Shown piece by piece: positions 37,582 to 49,525 of a stretch of 64,000 nucleotides of DNA (position 1 is the stretch's first letter; every line of letters begins with the position of its first letter). The translations under genes were made by a program, and so were the position numbers. The notes under the pieces are model-generated. The model was not told where the DNA came from, did not search any database, and saw only the letters and a program-made list of their open reading frames with translations. Source of the DNA: Octopus bimaculoides (taxonomy: Eukaryota); assembly GCF_001194135.2 (NCBI RefSeq), contig NC_068991.1, positions 72,460,466 through 72,524,465 on the forward strand. Reading direction: 5' to 3'.

Positions 37582-38112
37582 GTAAGTTGCATATTGCTTA
37601 TCAACTCGGTGTGATATTCTCTTTTGTGTGAACTTGTCATTTCTGTGGACTAACAATTCACTTGCCATTTGAATTGCCATTCTCAGAACTGATACAGTTC
37701 ATACTTAGAACTCAAATCATATAAGCTCGCATTCGGTATCAACAAAGAGTGTTTTAATTTTAGTGCTAAAAATAGAACTGAATTATGATTTAAAAAAAAA
37801 AAAAAAAAAAAAAGCAGGTAAAAATTCAGCTAATAAGGTGGATGTGAACGATCCTCGAAATTTTGAGCCATTTACATTTGTGGTAATAATTATTATTTCG
37901 TAAATTGTTAATTTCCAAAATTTGTGCTTTGTTAAGCACAGAACAATTTGATTTGTTATTCAGTAAACCAGCATGTAATCAAGGCTACTGTTTTTGGGTC
38001 AATATTCTGTTTGTATGCCTTGCTTAGCCTATAACACCACATTGATACAGCAGAACAAATACATACAGATGTGTACATATATATATGTATATATACATAT
38101 GTGTGTGTGTGC

Positions 38113-38162
<50 letters not shown>

Positions 38163-38824
38163 GCATAAGCATATACATATGTATAAGTGTATGCATGTAT
38201 ATGTACATATTATATGAATATCTGACTGCGAAAATATATACTATTATTATACTGAGATATCTGCTAGATATATAAATACACTTTCACACAATGGAAAGAC
38301 TAATTTCATAAATTTCATATACACTGATGTGTATATTATATATATATATATTTATGATAGATATATCAACACACATACACACATACATACATACACACAC
38401 ACACACATACATACATACATACATACACCCATACATACAACACATACATACACACACAAATACATACATACACACAAATAAATACATTCATACTTACATA
38501 CATACATGCGTACATGCATTCACGCATCTACTTTCCTTCACTCTCTTGTAATCTCTTTAACACTCACATATTGTAAAAGGGTTTTCAAGAAATTAATGTC
38601 TAGAAGAAATACGAAAATTCTAGGAATATTTCATTAAAGCTGTTAATAACCTCCACAAAGAAATCAAAAACGGTTTTTCTTCAAATGCTAAGTTCTTTGG
38701 CCTTAAGCTAGTTCCCTCCTTACATAGTCATTGCTTATTTTGTAATCATTCAGCTACATTACATATGCATTACACTTTACATTATATGTGAACTCAACGA
38801 AGCATATTTTATATTACAAAGATT

Positions 38825-39051
38825 TTTGAGACTAACCTGCCTGAGACAGCTCAGGTTCTATCATATAAATTCCTTACAGATGTTTTACAGCAATCTACAG
38901 TAAAACCTTCCATCAAAATTTCATGTTAATTTATGTTCTAAACACTAAGCTCGATAATGACAAAATTATTTTGCTAAGTTCTGCATCATTTTCAAAATTA
39001 ATTGAAACACAGGTAGTGTATTTCAACAGAAATATGGTAATGAAAGGCTTA
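38825..39051. mobile_element. Degenerate family-2 MITE copy
   Basis: Shares aaaaccttccat..aatttcatg..atttatgttc and the end aatatggtaatgaaaggcttaa with the 61 kb elements. Confidence 0.55.
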
Positions 39052-39701
39052 AAGAATGGTAATTTGCCCATAAGTGAAAATTCTTGCATAAACACAGAAA
39101 CCATGTTTGTTTGGTATAAAATGGTTCATCGTTATTTAAATTAAAAAAAATTTTTTTTTGTAATTCATTATTAAGCAGTCTTTAGAACTTCTTTGCATTC
39201 TAATATTTGTTTAGAATTCAGAGAAATTCTAAAACCTTGTTTCTAAATCAGTAAGATATTATTATTATTATTATTATTATTTATTTATTTTTTTTTGAAG
39301 CATAGAAACAGGATTGCTGTTAACAAACTGAAAAATTGTGTTGGAGACATCATCCTGCATAAAATGTTTTAATTTATTTCTTTTAATGTGGGATTCATTT
39401 AAAACAAACAAACAAATCATTCATTTTAAAAGATTGAGTGTTTTATGTTGTAGCATTTTAAGGAAGACACACTGGGTGGGGGGAGGGGTTCCACATTGCT
39501 TTCCTTAGGCAGCCAGAGAATCTACAATTAGGAGAAAGATTAAATGGAATTTATAAAATTCATAAAATAGCTTCAACTGACATTAAAAACCAGGTTGTGA
39601 ACAACTAACCAGGAACTTGCTTTCTACTTTCCAATATTTATCTAAACTCGAATAAGATGAAGAATATTTAAAAAAAAAATTACTGCTTTTCCATTTCTCA
39701 T

Positions 39702-39743
39702 TGAGGTAATCATTCTTTTGTCTGAGGTAATCATTCTTTTGTC
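39702..39743 (+). repeat. Perfect 21-bp tandem duplication
   Basis: tgaggtaatcattcttttgtc x2. Confidence 0.95.
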
Positions 39744-40637
39744 AAGTCCAAAGTATTAGATTGCTTTATTTTAATTATTTTTCCTTCACTGCAATTGTCT
39801 TTCCGGTTGATTTAGTTGTCCAGTATCGATATCTATGTCACTTCTGTCTTCTGTACTTCTTCATGTCCATTACCTTTGATAGAAATCTACCATTATTGAG
39901 AGAAAAATATTCTTCAGTTAATATGCGGAATATAATATATAGTTTCTTGTTTGAAGTGAAATCAATTACATGTGAACTCTAATTTTATTTTATTCTGTGT
40001 TCATCATGTTATCCTCTTCTCAGTTTGTTCTCCTCTGTGACTCTCTCCTCATGTATCATTGAACAATGCTTCTAATGACACATTCCTAAAGGGTTGATTA
40101 TGTAAGGCCCATTTAATTTGTGTTGTTGTTTAGCCCCAAGTCAGCTTGAGTCAAAAGGTATTCCATCCAGAACCACCTTCTCTTTTGGTGGATATCTCAG
40201 AATAAATGATCTAAGATATCCTTCCCTTTTTTCAAGTTTGTTGGGTGTAATTTGAGAGAGATTTGACTGCAATTTCTTGTAGGCTGAATGACTGTGCAGA
40301 AGTTTTCCTCTTTCTCAAAAGCAATCTTTCTACTAAATCTAAATGCTTATTTAAGGGTCCACATCTTGTATTCAAAGTAGAAATTCACTTTTGTCATGAC
40401 AATGGCTTTGCAGTATTTTTCATCTCATTTTACATGAATAATTTTTTATTTACCTAATTTGCAAGACTTAATTAAAACAATAATAGTATATTGGAATTCT
40501 CCGCGACACATTTTAAATGTTTGTTAGTTTTATTTATATTTTGCACGTATAATATTTTATAAACAATTCCCGATTGCATTGTCAATTTCAAGATAGAAAT
40601 CTCTGCTTAGATTTTTTTTATTTAATAACTTAGTCAG

Positions 40638-40760
40638 AGAAGGTAGAGCAGCACTCTCAACCATTTCCAGAGCAATGGATGAGGTGGGGATGCTGTTCTT
40701 AGACCACAGATTTGTTCTGAGTGGTTGCAACGGAGCACATCCTGGGGAAGAAACCAAAGG
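40638..40760 (+). CDS. Candidate 123-nt cassette exon, phase 2-2, EGRAALSTISRAMDEVGMLFLDHRFVLSGCNGAHPGEETK; a minus-strand reading is also possible
   Basis: Acceptor ataacttagtcag|, donor GG|gtaaac, length divisible by 3, open in the phase-2 frame. Splice sites are weaker than at 37531. Confidence 0.25.
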
Positions 40761-41962
40761 GTAAACTAAGTAATGGATTAAGTTAATCTTCAGAGAATAG
40801 GACTGCCCCCTCCACCCTCTGACAAGCTTCTACACTGTTGCCTTCTATTAAAATTTTTCTTTAAAAACTTTGCAACTATGGTAGAAAACTACTTCACAAG
40901 GTGGGTGTTGCACAACTTGAAACCACAAAGCAGATTTCTTAAATGTTGATATGTTATGAAATACCTTAATTGAAAGATAAATATTCAAAGACAAATATTT
41001 TTATATTGGATTTCAAAGAAATGCTGATTCCTTTTTTGGGATGATTTCTTTGATTTCATAATTTGTGACAAGTTGATTTCTTTAGGTACTTATGTTAACC
41101 TTTACTCAAATCCAACATTAATTTCTTGATAACCTAACACTTACATATGTGTATGTGTTTATAAAACACGCATACACTCACAGACAAGTCTCATGATTGG
41201 CATAGATTTAAATGTAACAAAACAAATTGACAGATTTGTCATTGGTTGATAAAATGAGCAAACTCAAGCATGTTGCTCAATTTTTTATCAGTTTTCATTA
41301 ACCTAAACAAGCTATTGATCAACGAGATAAAGACCCTACAAGAAATTAAAAATAAACTTTGTAAGACATAAATTATAACAACAGAAACATGTTTGTACTA
41401 AATTTATTAAAAATAAATCTTAAGATATCATCTAAGCTGTTAGTAACATATTCAAACATATAATCGCCAGAAGCCAATCACACTTGTAACATTTATTAGA
41501 GGCTCAACAGATTAAACAAAGCAGATTTTGGAATGTTGTTCAATGTATTCCATAAATCCAGAAATATCAGTGGTACACTAAGTTGAATATTTTTTTTATT
41601 TAAACATATATAGCATAAAGGTTTAAATCTAAATATGTAAATGTGTCTATAGTTAAATGAAGTTGAATTTTTCATTTAAATATATGTAAATAAGCTGCAA
41701 TCAACACCCCCTTCCTAAACAAGCATATGACACTACTAAAGTAGTTGACCTGAAGACAATTAGTCTGTAAGACATGTCTAGGTAGATGTATATGACCACA
41801 TCTGGTCATGTAATAATTAATATTGCATATGGTTTAGCACTTCTACTCATGTAAATATATTTCATTAACTCATTTAGACTATTCATGAGATGTCTTAGCT
41901 GACAGATAATTTTTTTGTTAATAGTGTTGAACCTTCTAGTAATCTCTGAAATCATTTTGAAA

Positions 41963-42009
<47 letters not shown>

Positions 42010-43426
42010 CTATGACGTGGCGATTTAACAATCTGTTCAGTTATATCATTTCACATTTTCAATTATTTTTATTCAGTATCAAAACGATAGTTGGTTCTGT
42101 TATCACATTGAATCTTTACATGCTCCATGAGTTTTGACGTGCACAATTAAGCGATATCATTGCTATGCCTAATTCAAGCCTTTACACATTCTCCATTTTT
42201 GCCCTTTAATAATAATAATAATAAAAACTTGATTAAACAAATATAAATAACTTTAAACGGTTATTCATCAGATTTTGTAAAAAAAAGGAATGAAATAAAA
42301 CAAATTGCTTAAAAATATTGGTTTCAAATTTTGGCACAAGGCCGGCAAAATTGCTTAAACATACGATTCAATGTGGTAATAGCCAGCTTGAGAGAACAAA
42401 ATCCTTTTTAAATGTTAGCAGACAGGATCTCAATGGCACTGTTGTGCAATATTTATATGTAAAACACATTTTTCAAACTGAAATAGTTCTTTCTCAAGTT
42501 TGCTTGTTATCAACATTGATAACATTTGAAAAGAAATTTAATATGATAAATTAATTTGTAAACTTATCAACACAAATCCTTTTTATATATAAAATACTAA
42601 TGTCTTCATTTTTAAGCTAGGAGGTTCTACACAAAAAATACAAATAGAACTTGGCTCGTAGTACAAGTAGTGTTTTTTTTTTTCTTCTGAAATATCTAAA
42701 CTATCTTGAAATATACTTTTAAGTATACTTCTAAATTCTTAGAAGCAAAAATCTTAGAAGGAAGTCAATGTATAATATTTTTTTTGTAAAAATAATACTT
42801 TGAGATTTCACCCTCAGTCGGACATATTTGTCCACATCCACAAAATAAAATGCCTCATGTCACTCTGTAAAGTAAATTTCGACTTTGCATGCTGCAATTT
42901 CAAAGCAGTAAGTGTGCTTGTGCCGCATGTTAATATATTTGTTAAAACATACGCGCTTTGATTTTTTTTTTTTTTTTCGTTGTTTGAGCACCTAAAAAGT
43001 GTTTACTGCTGTGATGTTTTCATCTAAACATCCATCTTGTCTGACCTTGACGAGAAAAACATTTGAAAAAAAAAAAAAAAAAAGTTAAAAAAATAGCAAT
43101 TACGTTTGCATCCTTTGCTTGCAAAAAAATTAAAAGAAAGTTTCAAAAAAAAAAAAAGAAGATATTGACCAACAAGAAATTTAGCTTGCTTAGTATTCTG
43201 CCTGGCAAGCAAATCGTAGCTTAATTGTAGCCTCAGATAGCCAAATGGGATACCATTTTGGTTCTGTTTTATAGCTGCATTCAACTTTAAGAAATTATGT
43301 TCTGTAAAAATTGTCTTTGGTAGTTTGATAGTTGAAACTGCAGTCCAACTATCTCTCTTCTCTTTCCTGTTTATGTTAAGCTTTCTTTCTTGTCACATTT
43401 CCTTTCTTATCACAGGTTATCTGAAG

Positions 43427-43429
<3 letters not shown>

Positions 43430-43491
<62 letters not shown>

Positions 43492-43705
43492 ACATGCCAA
43501 ACCCTACTGAATACAAGACTGCATTATATGTCAATGTCTTTGAGCACACACAAACACACGCACATACAAACACACACATACACATCTCTGTGTGTCTACA
43601 TATGTATGTATATGCATGTGTGAGTATTTATATTTAAGTATATATGTCTGTATGTATAGGTATCATATACATACACATGCACCTATACATATAGACAGAC
43701 ATATA

Positions 43706-43793
<88 letters not shown>

Positions 43794-43819
43794 TAATTTA
43801 TGTGTGCGTGTGTGTGTGT

Positions 43820-43855
<36 letters not shown>
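43430..43855. repeat. Compound (CA)n/(TA)n/(TG)n microsatellite block
   Basis: Direct reading. Confidence 0.9.
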
Positions 43856-43856
<1 letters not shown>

Positions 43857-44231
43857 TAAAATATGAGTGTTTCTGTGTATGATATGTCGATATGTGTATA
43901 AGTGTCTAGTGGGTGCTGTGGAACAGGAGATAATTTCTTGGTAAATCAGGTTTACAACCTAATTTCAATGTCCAGTTGAAGACATTACATTTCATTTTGT
44001 ATCCCTAAAACCTTTCAGAAGCTCATAAATGCAACAAATCCCAGACGCCTCTAATCACAATTAGCCTCACACATAAACAGAAAATGCAAAAAGTAAATCG
44101 CTTCATCCACAGTGTATTGTGACACTGTTGTATCTAGTTAAATTTGGAAATGGGTACGCTACATTCAACATGTATGTATGCAGCATGAATGTATGTATGT
44201 ATGTATGTATGTATGTATGTATGTATGTATG

Positions 44232-44692
44232 CCATTATTCAGTTTATTTCAAGATTTCTTGCCAATAGAGAAAGAACTGGTTTCTAACCTAGATCCATTG
44301 GAATTTCAACATCAGCAACAGGGTATTTTTGTTTGTTTGTTTCTATGTATGTATATGTGCAGATTTGTATGTTTTGCTTTATGTATGTATTCTCATGCAT
44401 ATAGTTGCCTATCTAGACATGCGCATATATATACTTAAATGATAAACTTCTGGAAAGTTTTACAGATTTTTACATTTCCAGTGATGGACTGGATTTGTAG
44501 TCTTCGAATTAGCTTTCTCCTTTCTGGTTTTGAGAAGACTAATTTCTCAAGATTGGTATTTAGGCAATGTGTTACATATCCCAGTACCCCATTGATTACT
44601 GGTATAAACCTGAACTTGCAATCTGTATAGAGTAACTGCAGATTTCTCAATAGTTCAGCATAGGTGTTCTCTTTTTCACTGATCTTCAGCTT
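44232..44692 (-). mobile_element. 3' fragment of an RLE-type (R4/NeSL-like) LINE: endonuclease C-terminus plus 3' UTR
   Basis: 44692-44435 translates KLKISEKENTYAELLRNLQLLYTDCKFRFIPVINGVLGYVTHCLNTNLEKL...LQIQSITGNVKICKTFQKFII*, resembling the K..EK..KY..L / IPV.IGALG.V C-terminus of RLE elements. A 3' UTR with AATAAA follows, then (CATA)n. Confidence 0.8.
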
Positions 44693-44840
44693 TATGTATG
44701 TATGTATGTATGTATGCATGAGCATGTATGTATGCATGCATGTATGTATGCATGTATGTATATATGTATGTATGTGTGTATGTATGTATGCATGCATGCA
44801 TGTATGTATGCATGCATGCATGCATGAATGTATGTATGCA
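44693..44840. repeat. (TATG)n/(CATG) tetranucleotide array; also at 44170-44231, 30367-30447 and as (CATA)n at 38370-38520
   Basis: Direct reading. Confidence 0.9.
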
Positions 44841-44842
44841 CC

Positions 44843-45050
44843 CATCCTCATAATCATTACCATCATTTTAATGTCAACTTCCCCATGCATGTATGGACTG
44901 GCCAGAGTTTATTGAAACAGATTTTCTATGGATGGATGCTCTTCCTGTTACTAACCTTCATGAGATCTTACTCCATAGCCAGATATACAAGAGATGAACG
45001 ACACTCATTTACAAATATCACATGATATCAAGCCATAGAGACACACAGAC
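44843..45050 (-). mobile_element. SINE A' 3' half, degenerate
   Basis: cagattttctatggatggatgctcttcctg and gatgaacgacactcatttac shared with 24551 and 29761. Confidence 0.55.
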
Positions 45051-46071
45051 ACATACACACATATGCACCTAGAACGTTCCCCTTCAAGGCAAAAGTGTGA
45101 GCAAGGTTGTTTCATGGAAGACTAGTAGTTGTCCATGCATACTAGCCTCCCCTCTTCATGCTACCGATGTTATCCAAATGAAAGGCCAAGACAGACACAG
45201 CTTGGCACCAGTGATGTCGCAACTCATTCCTACAGCTGAGTGAACTGGAGCAACATAAAATTAAGCATCTAATATATATATACATAGAAAATAAAGGAAA
45301 TCTCGAATGCAGGATAAATTGGAAAGTAGCTTAGAAGATCAGGTAAATATGCTTAGAAGAACCCTGTACCTCTCAGATTCCAGTTGAGCACTCATTAAGT
45401 TAAGTAATATCTGACAACAAATGCTATATTCTATAATGCGAAATAATAGCTTTTGGAATTTGAGACCATTTTTTATAAACAAACTTAGAAGTGCTGAGTG
45501 AGTTGGTATTTTACAGAGACAGATAGAAATCTTGAACACATGATAGCTGTGAAAACGGTTTAGAAGATTGGGTAAATTCTCTTACAAATAAGGAGTTATT
45601 TAAAGCTTGGGTATACACCTGGTAGTATGCCAATTAAAGCACTTTCATTGTCTATGGCTACCTGTTGTCGTCATCCACGGTAATGATATAAATGCCACTG
45701 GATCTACCTCAGGAATTCCTCAGTTTTTGTCAAGAATATAAAGAATGAGAGAAACAGAAACTAGAATTCACAAGAGTCTTTATTAATCACAGTGATTTTC
45801 TTGACCCCTCTTGCATCGATCTCTCACAGGGGTGATAATACGCAACTGGTTGTGGTGCATCCTTCAGAGCAAATGTGTCTCATCAGGTGACTTGTCAAAA
45901 GTACCCTGAGCTTATTGAACAAGGAACCTTTTGATGATAAAGGTGATGATGATGATTATGATGTAATACTAAGATCAAAGAACTGAATATCCTTAGGCAT
46001 TGCCACACAATAAAAATAATGCCCTCTTTTCCCTTTCTCCATCTCTAAAGCCAAATAGTTTTTCTTGTAAG

Positions 46072-46419
46072 ATAAGTGTGGTTAAAAACTTTGCCTTCTA
46101 ATCATGTGGTTTCAGGTTCAGTCCTACAGTATGGCACTTTGGGCATATGTAGTTTACATTAGCCAAGGCCAGTCAATGGAGCATGAGTGAATTTGGTAAA
46201 TGTGTCTGTGTCTGTGTGTGCATGTGTATATGTGTGTATCTGTATCTATCTATAAAGATAGATCTATTTAAATATACATACTGTAGAATGCGAAATTCAT
46301 TTATCTGAACAGCAAGTAAGGGTTGGTGACAGGGAGAGCATCTGGCTTTAAAATCATTCATCATCCTAAAATGCATCTCCATCCAACCCATACTAACATA
46401 GAAAAAACAGATGTTAAAC
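46072..46419 (+). mobile_element. Degenerate SINE with A-like head and RTE-type tail
   Basis: ggttcagtcctacagtatggcactttgggca head; gggttggtgacagggagagcatctggct...ccaacccatactaacatagaaaaaacagatgttaaa tail. Confidence 0.5.
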
Positions 46420-47175
46420 AAAAATAAATGAACAGACGGACATGTGCATGAACAAAATGTCTTCAGAAAAAAAGAAAAAAAACTACTGGAAATAGCTTCA
46501 CAATAAGTGCAAGCATAAAAAAAATAGTATCCCAATTGTTTCCATATTCCATTCTCTGTAGCTGAGAACAGCATGTATCCTTATTGCAATATTTAAAAAT
46601 ATTACCATGTGTGACTCTCAATTTGTATTTCCCCCCTCACTTGGAAGCTTTCTATCTCTCTCACCCTCTTTCTTTCTCCCTCTCTCACTTTCTTTTTGTC
46701 TCTTCCTCCTTATTTTTCTCTCTCTGCCTCTATGTTCCCTTCAATTTCATCCATCTTGTCGTTGTCTCTCTCTTACTGTTTGTCTCTCTGCAGCATTCAT
46801 ATCCTGGTGAAAAACTCAGAAAATTCCAGCCAAGATAGCATCCTTCTTTGATTAGGTTTATTTTCTCCCATCATTGTCAAATATTTTGCATAGTAATTGC
46901 ATTAACTTTTCAAACCATTCAGACTTGTTGATTTGTGTTGATATAGCAATGTGTAAGTCTGTATATATATATATATATATATATAATCATAAATATACAG
47001 GGATTAGCAGAAGCCTGCTTCTCCAACATACTGAGAATTCAGAAATAGCAGTCAAAGAACTTCTGATTCCAAACTACAAATTTTTTCTCTAACGGATGGC
47101 GATATCTATGGCACACACAGAACAAAAAACAGAAGAGAAGAGTAAAAACAAACCTGCCTTTAGTTAATTGGGTAC

Positions 47176-47221
47176 GACGTTTCACAGTTAAGGGTATGAA
47201 TTCCCCTATTCCGATCTTCAG
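47176..47221 (-). ncRNA. Degenerate minimal type I hammerhead ribozyme motif (Penelope-type)
   Basis: CUGAAGA (47221-47215), long stem II (CGG/CUG, AGGGG/CCCUU), GAAA, loopless palindromic stem III ACGU, C17 at 47176. Stem I pairs imperfectly. Confidence 0.5.
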
Positions 47222-47248
47222 CCACAATATTCGAATAAATTTGCCAAT

Positions 47249-47340
47249 GTCTAAATAACTCACGTTAATTTTGACCATGTAGTGTCTGCCTCACGTGGTC
47301 TTGATGTCGCATGGTCAAAATTAACGTGAGTTATTTAGAC
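47249..47340. repeat. Perfect 31-bp inverted repeat, 30-nt spacer
   Basis: gtctaaataactcacgttaattttgaccatg and catggtcaaaattaacgtgagttatttagac; the right arm abuts the gap. Confidence 0.95.
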
Positions 47341-47927
47341 NNNNNNNNNNNNNNNNNNNNNNNNNNNNNNNNNNNNNNNNNNNNNNNNNNNNNNNNNNNN
47401 NNNNNNNNNNNNNNNNNNNNNNNNNNNNNNNNNNNNNNNNNNNNNNNNNNNNNNNNNNNNNNNNNNNNNNNNNNNNNNNNNNNNNNNNNNNNNNNNNNNN
47501 NNNNNNNNNNNNNNNNNNNNNNNNNNNNNNNNNNNNNNNNNNNNNNNNNNNNNNNNNNNNNNNNNNNNNNNNNNNNNNNNNNNNNNNNNNNNNNNNNNNN
47601 NNNNNNNNNNNNNNNNNNNNNNNNNNNNNNNNNNNNNNNNNNNNNNNNNNNNNNNNNNNNNNNNNNNNNNNNNNNNNNNNNNNNNNNNNNNNNNNNTATA
47701 TATATATATATATATATACATGGTAATTTTCAATGCTGGCTCAGAACTCAATAGAAAATACATAGAGATAAACTTAAAAATGAAAACAATCCACTGCCAT
47801 CACAAAAGCTAAGAACAATGTTGATTTGTAAACCTTTAATATACTCGGCAGTATATTTTGGTTGCAAATGAAATACAGTGTCCCTTGCTACACTCAAACA
47901 CAACCACACACATATATACATATATAC

Positions 47928-48064
47928 GACAAGCTTCGTTTAGTTTCCATCTACCAAATTCCCCCAAGAGTTTGCTTAGCCTGAGGCTATAGTAGACACC
48001 CAAGGTGTCATGCAGAAGTACTGAACTTGGAACTCTGTGGTTTGGAATGTGCTGCTTCTAATGC
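47928..48064 (-). mobile_element. SINE family A head, degenerate
   Basis: gtttccatctaccaaat...gaggctatagtag...cccaaggtgtcatgcag. Confidence 0.65.
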
Positions 48065-48082
48065 AAAATTTGAATCTGTGTA

Positions 48083-48142
<60 letters not shown>

Positions 48143-48497
48143 NNNNNNNNNNNNNNNNNNNNNNNNNNNNNNNNNNNNNNNNNNNNNNNNNNNNNNNNNN
48201 NNNNNNNNNNNNNNNNNNNNNNNNNNNNNNNNNNNNNNNNNNNNNNNNNNNNNNNNNNNNNNNNNNNNNNNNNNNNNNNNNNNNNNNNNNNNNNNNNNNN
48301 NNNNNNNNNNNNNNNNNNNNNNNNNNNNNNNNNNNNNNNNNNNNNNNNNNNNNNNNNNNNNNNNNNNNNNNNNNNNNNNNNNNNNNNNNNNNNNNNNNNN
48401 NNNNNNNNNNNNNNNNNNNNNNNNNNNNNNNNNNNNNNNNNNNNNNNNNNNNNNNNNNNNNNNNNNNNNNNNNNNNNNNNNNNNNNNNNNNNNNNNN

Positions 48498-48552
<55 letters not shown>

Positions 48553-48739
48553 TGCATACACACACACACACACACACACATATATCAAATAATTTGTTAA
48601 AGAAAGGCATCAAAAACATTGAGTGCAGGAAGATTTCAAGGTTAAGATAATTGGCCTTCTTCATTCTGTACTGAGCTGGAACCCGGATGATTATAAAAGA
48701 AGGGCTTTCAGATCATCTTAGTGATATGTGAAGCTCTCT

Positions 48740-49070
48740 AAGGGCTGAAAACATCTCATAGCATGAGTACAAGACCAAAGAGGAATTCTATAGGCACATT
48801 TCACCCATCTATGCTATTGTTGCTCAACGTGGACTAGGCTTTTCTGGCTACTGCTATTGTGATGAACAGCAGACCATGTCAGCTGTTGGATATGTGAAGA
48901 CTTTTACACCTTAATAAAGGGTGAAGACCACTCAACTACATTGATGTTGCTAGGAGATACACATTACATGAAATTGAAGATCTACAAAAGCTAATAGGGG
49001 ACAGAGATTCTTGGTGGGGTCATCTTAAAATACATCTTAGTTGTGACCAATTGATGATGATGATGATGTA
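48740..49070 (+). mobile_element. Degraded RTE/RTEX LINE 3' end with (GAT)n tail
   Basis: HEYKTKEEFYRHISPIYAIVAQRGLGFSGYCY and, after a frameshift, NYIDVARRYTLHEIEDLQKLIGDRDSW resemble T.EELYG.LP.IS..I..RRL.FAGHC and YID...DT...EL...M.DR..W. Confidence 0.65.
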
Positions 49071-49439
49071 TTATGTCAAATGGTGTTGTGTATTCTCTAG
49101 GGTTAAATATTACTTAACTATGTGTCTAAAGTTATTAATATTACCTTTGCTACTGGTGATAATGTTCTTTATTATCAATATGGCTTCTGTCTGAGTAGTA
49201 ACATAGAAAATACTGACTAATAATTGTGAAAAAATACTTCCTTTTTCGTGATAATTTACTACACACTCAATAAGTTTTGTATCTAGGTGAAGCAGTGGTC
49301 AAGAATCTTTAAATTATTCTATTTCGGCATAAGATTATTCATGATAATTCATTTGCTGAAACTGGTTTGTACATCTCATGCCGTTTGGCTTTTTGGCTTG
49401 TTCAGGTATCTGGAAAAAAAAAAAGTCTGTGTGTGTGTG

Positions 49440-49441
<2 letters not shown>

Positions 49442-49511
<70 letters not shown>

Positions 49512-49525
49512 GAGAGAGAGAGAGA
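49442..49525. repeat. (GA)n microsatellite
   Basis: Direct reading. Confidence 0.95.

Larger units (their letters stand above)
46994..47340 (-). mobile_element. Penelope-like element terminal repeat (pLTR) remnant with hammerhead-like core and inverted segment
   Basis: Minus strand has CTGAAGA-TCGG...CTGT-GAAACGTC. About 190 nt are shared with 30982-31181. A perfect 31-bp inverted repeat runs into the gap. Confidence 0.6.

Noticed and set aside
42817-42907. ccctcag|...GCA|gtaagt exon-like segment of 90 nt
   Set aside because: Open only in phase 0; the phase-2 frame required here hits TAA; no homology.
45310-45620. Repeated ttagaagat..ggtaaat motif and peptide LEDQVNMLRRTL resembling a LINE ORF1
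   Set aside because: Many stops and too short to classify by eye.
5251-49300. Other AG|GT motifs (5250, 13281, 18859, 34392, 43415, 49287) as recursive splice sites
   Set aside because: Weak donor or weak pyrimidine tract; expected by chance in AT-rich DNA.
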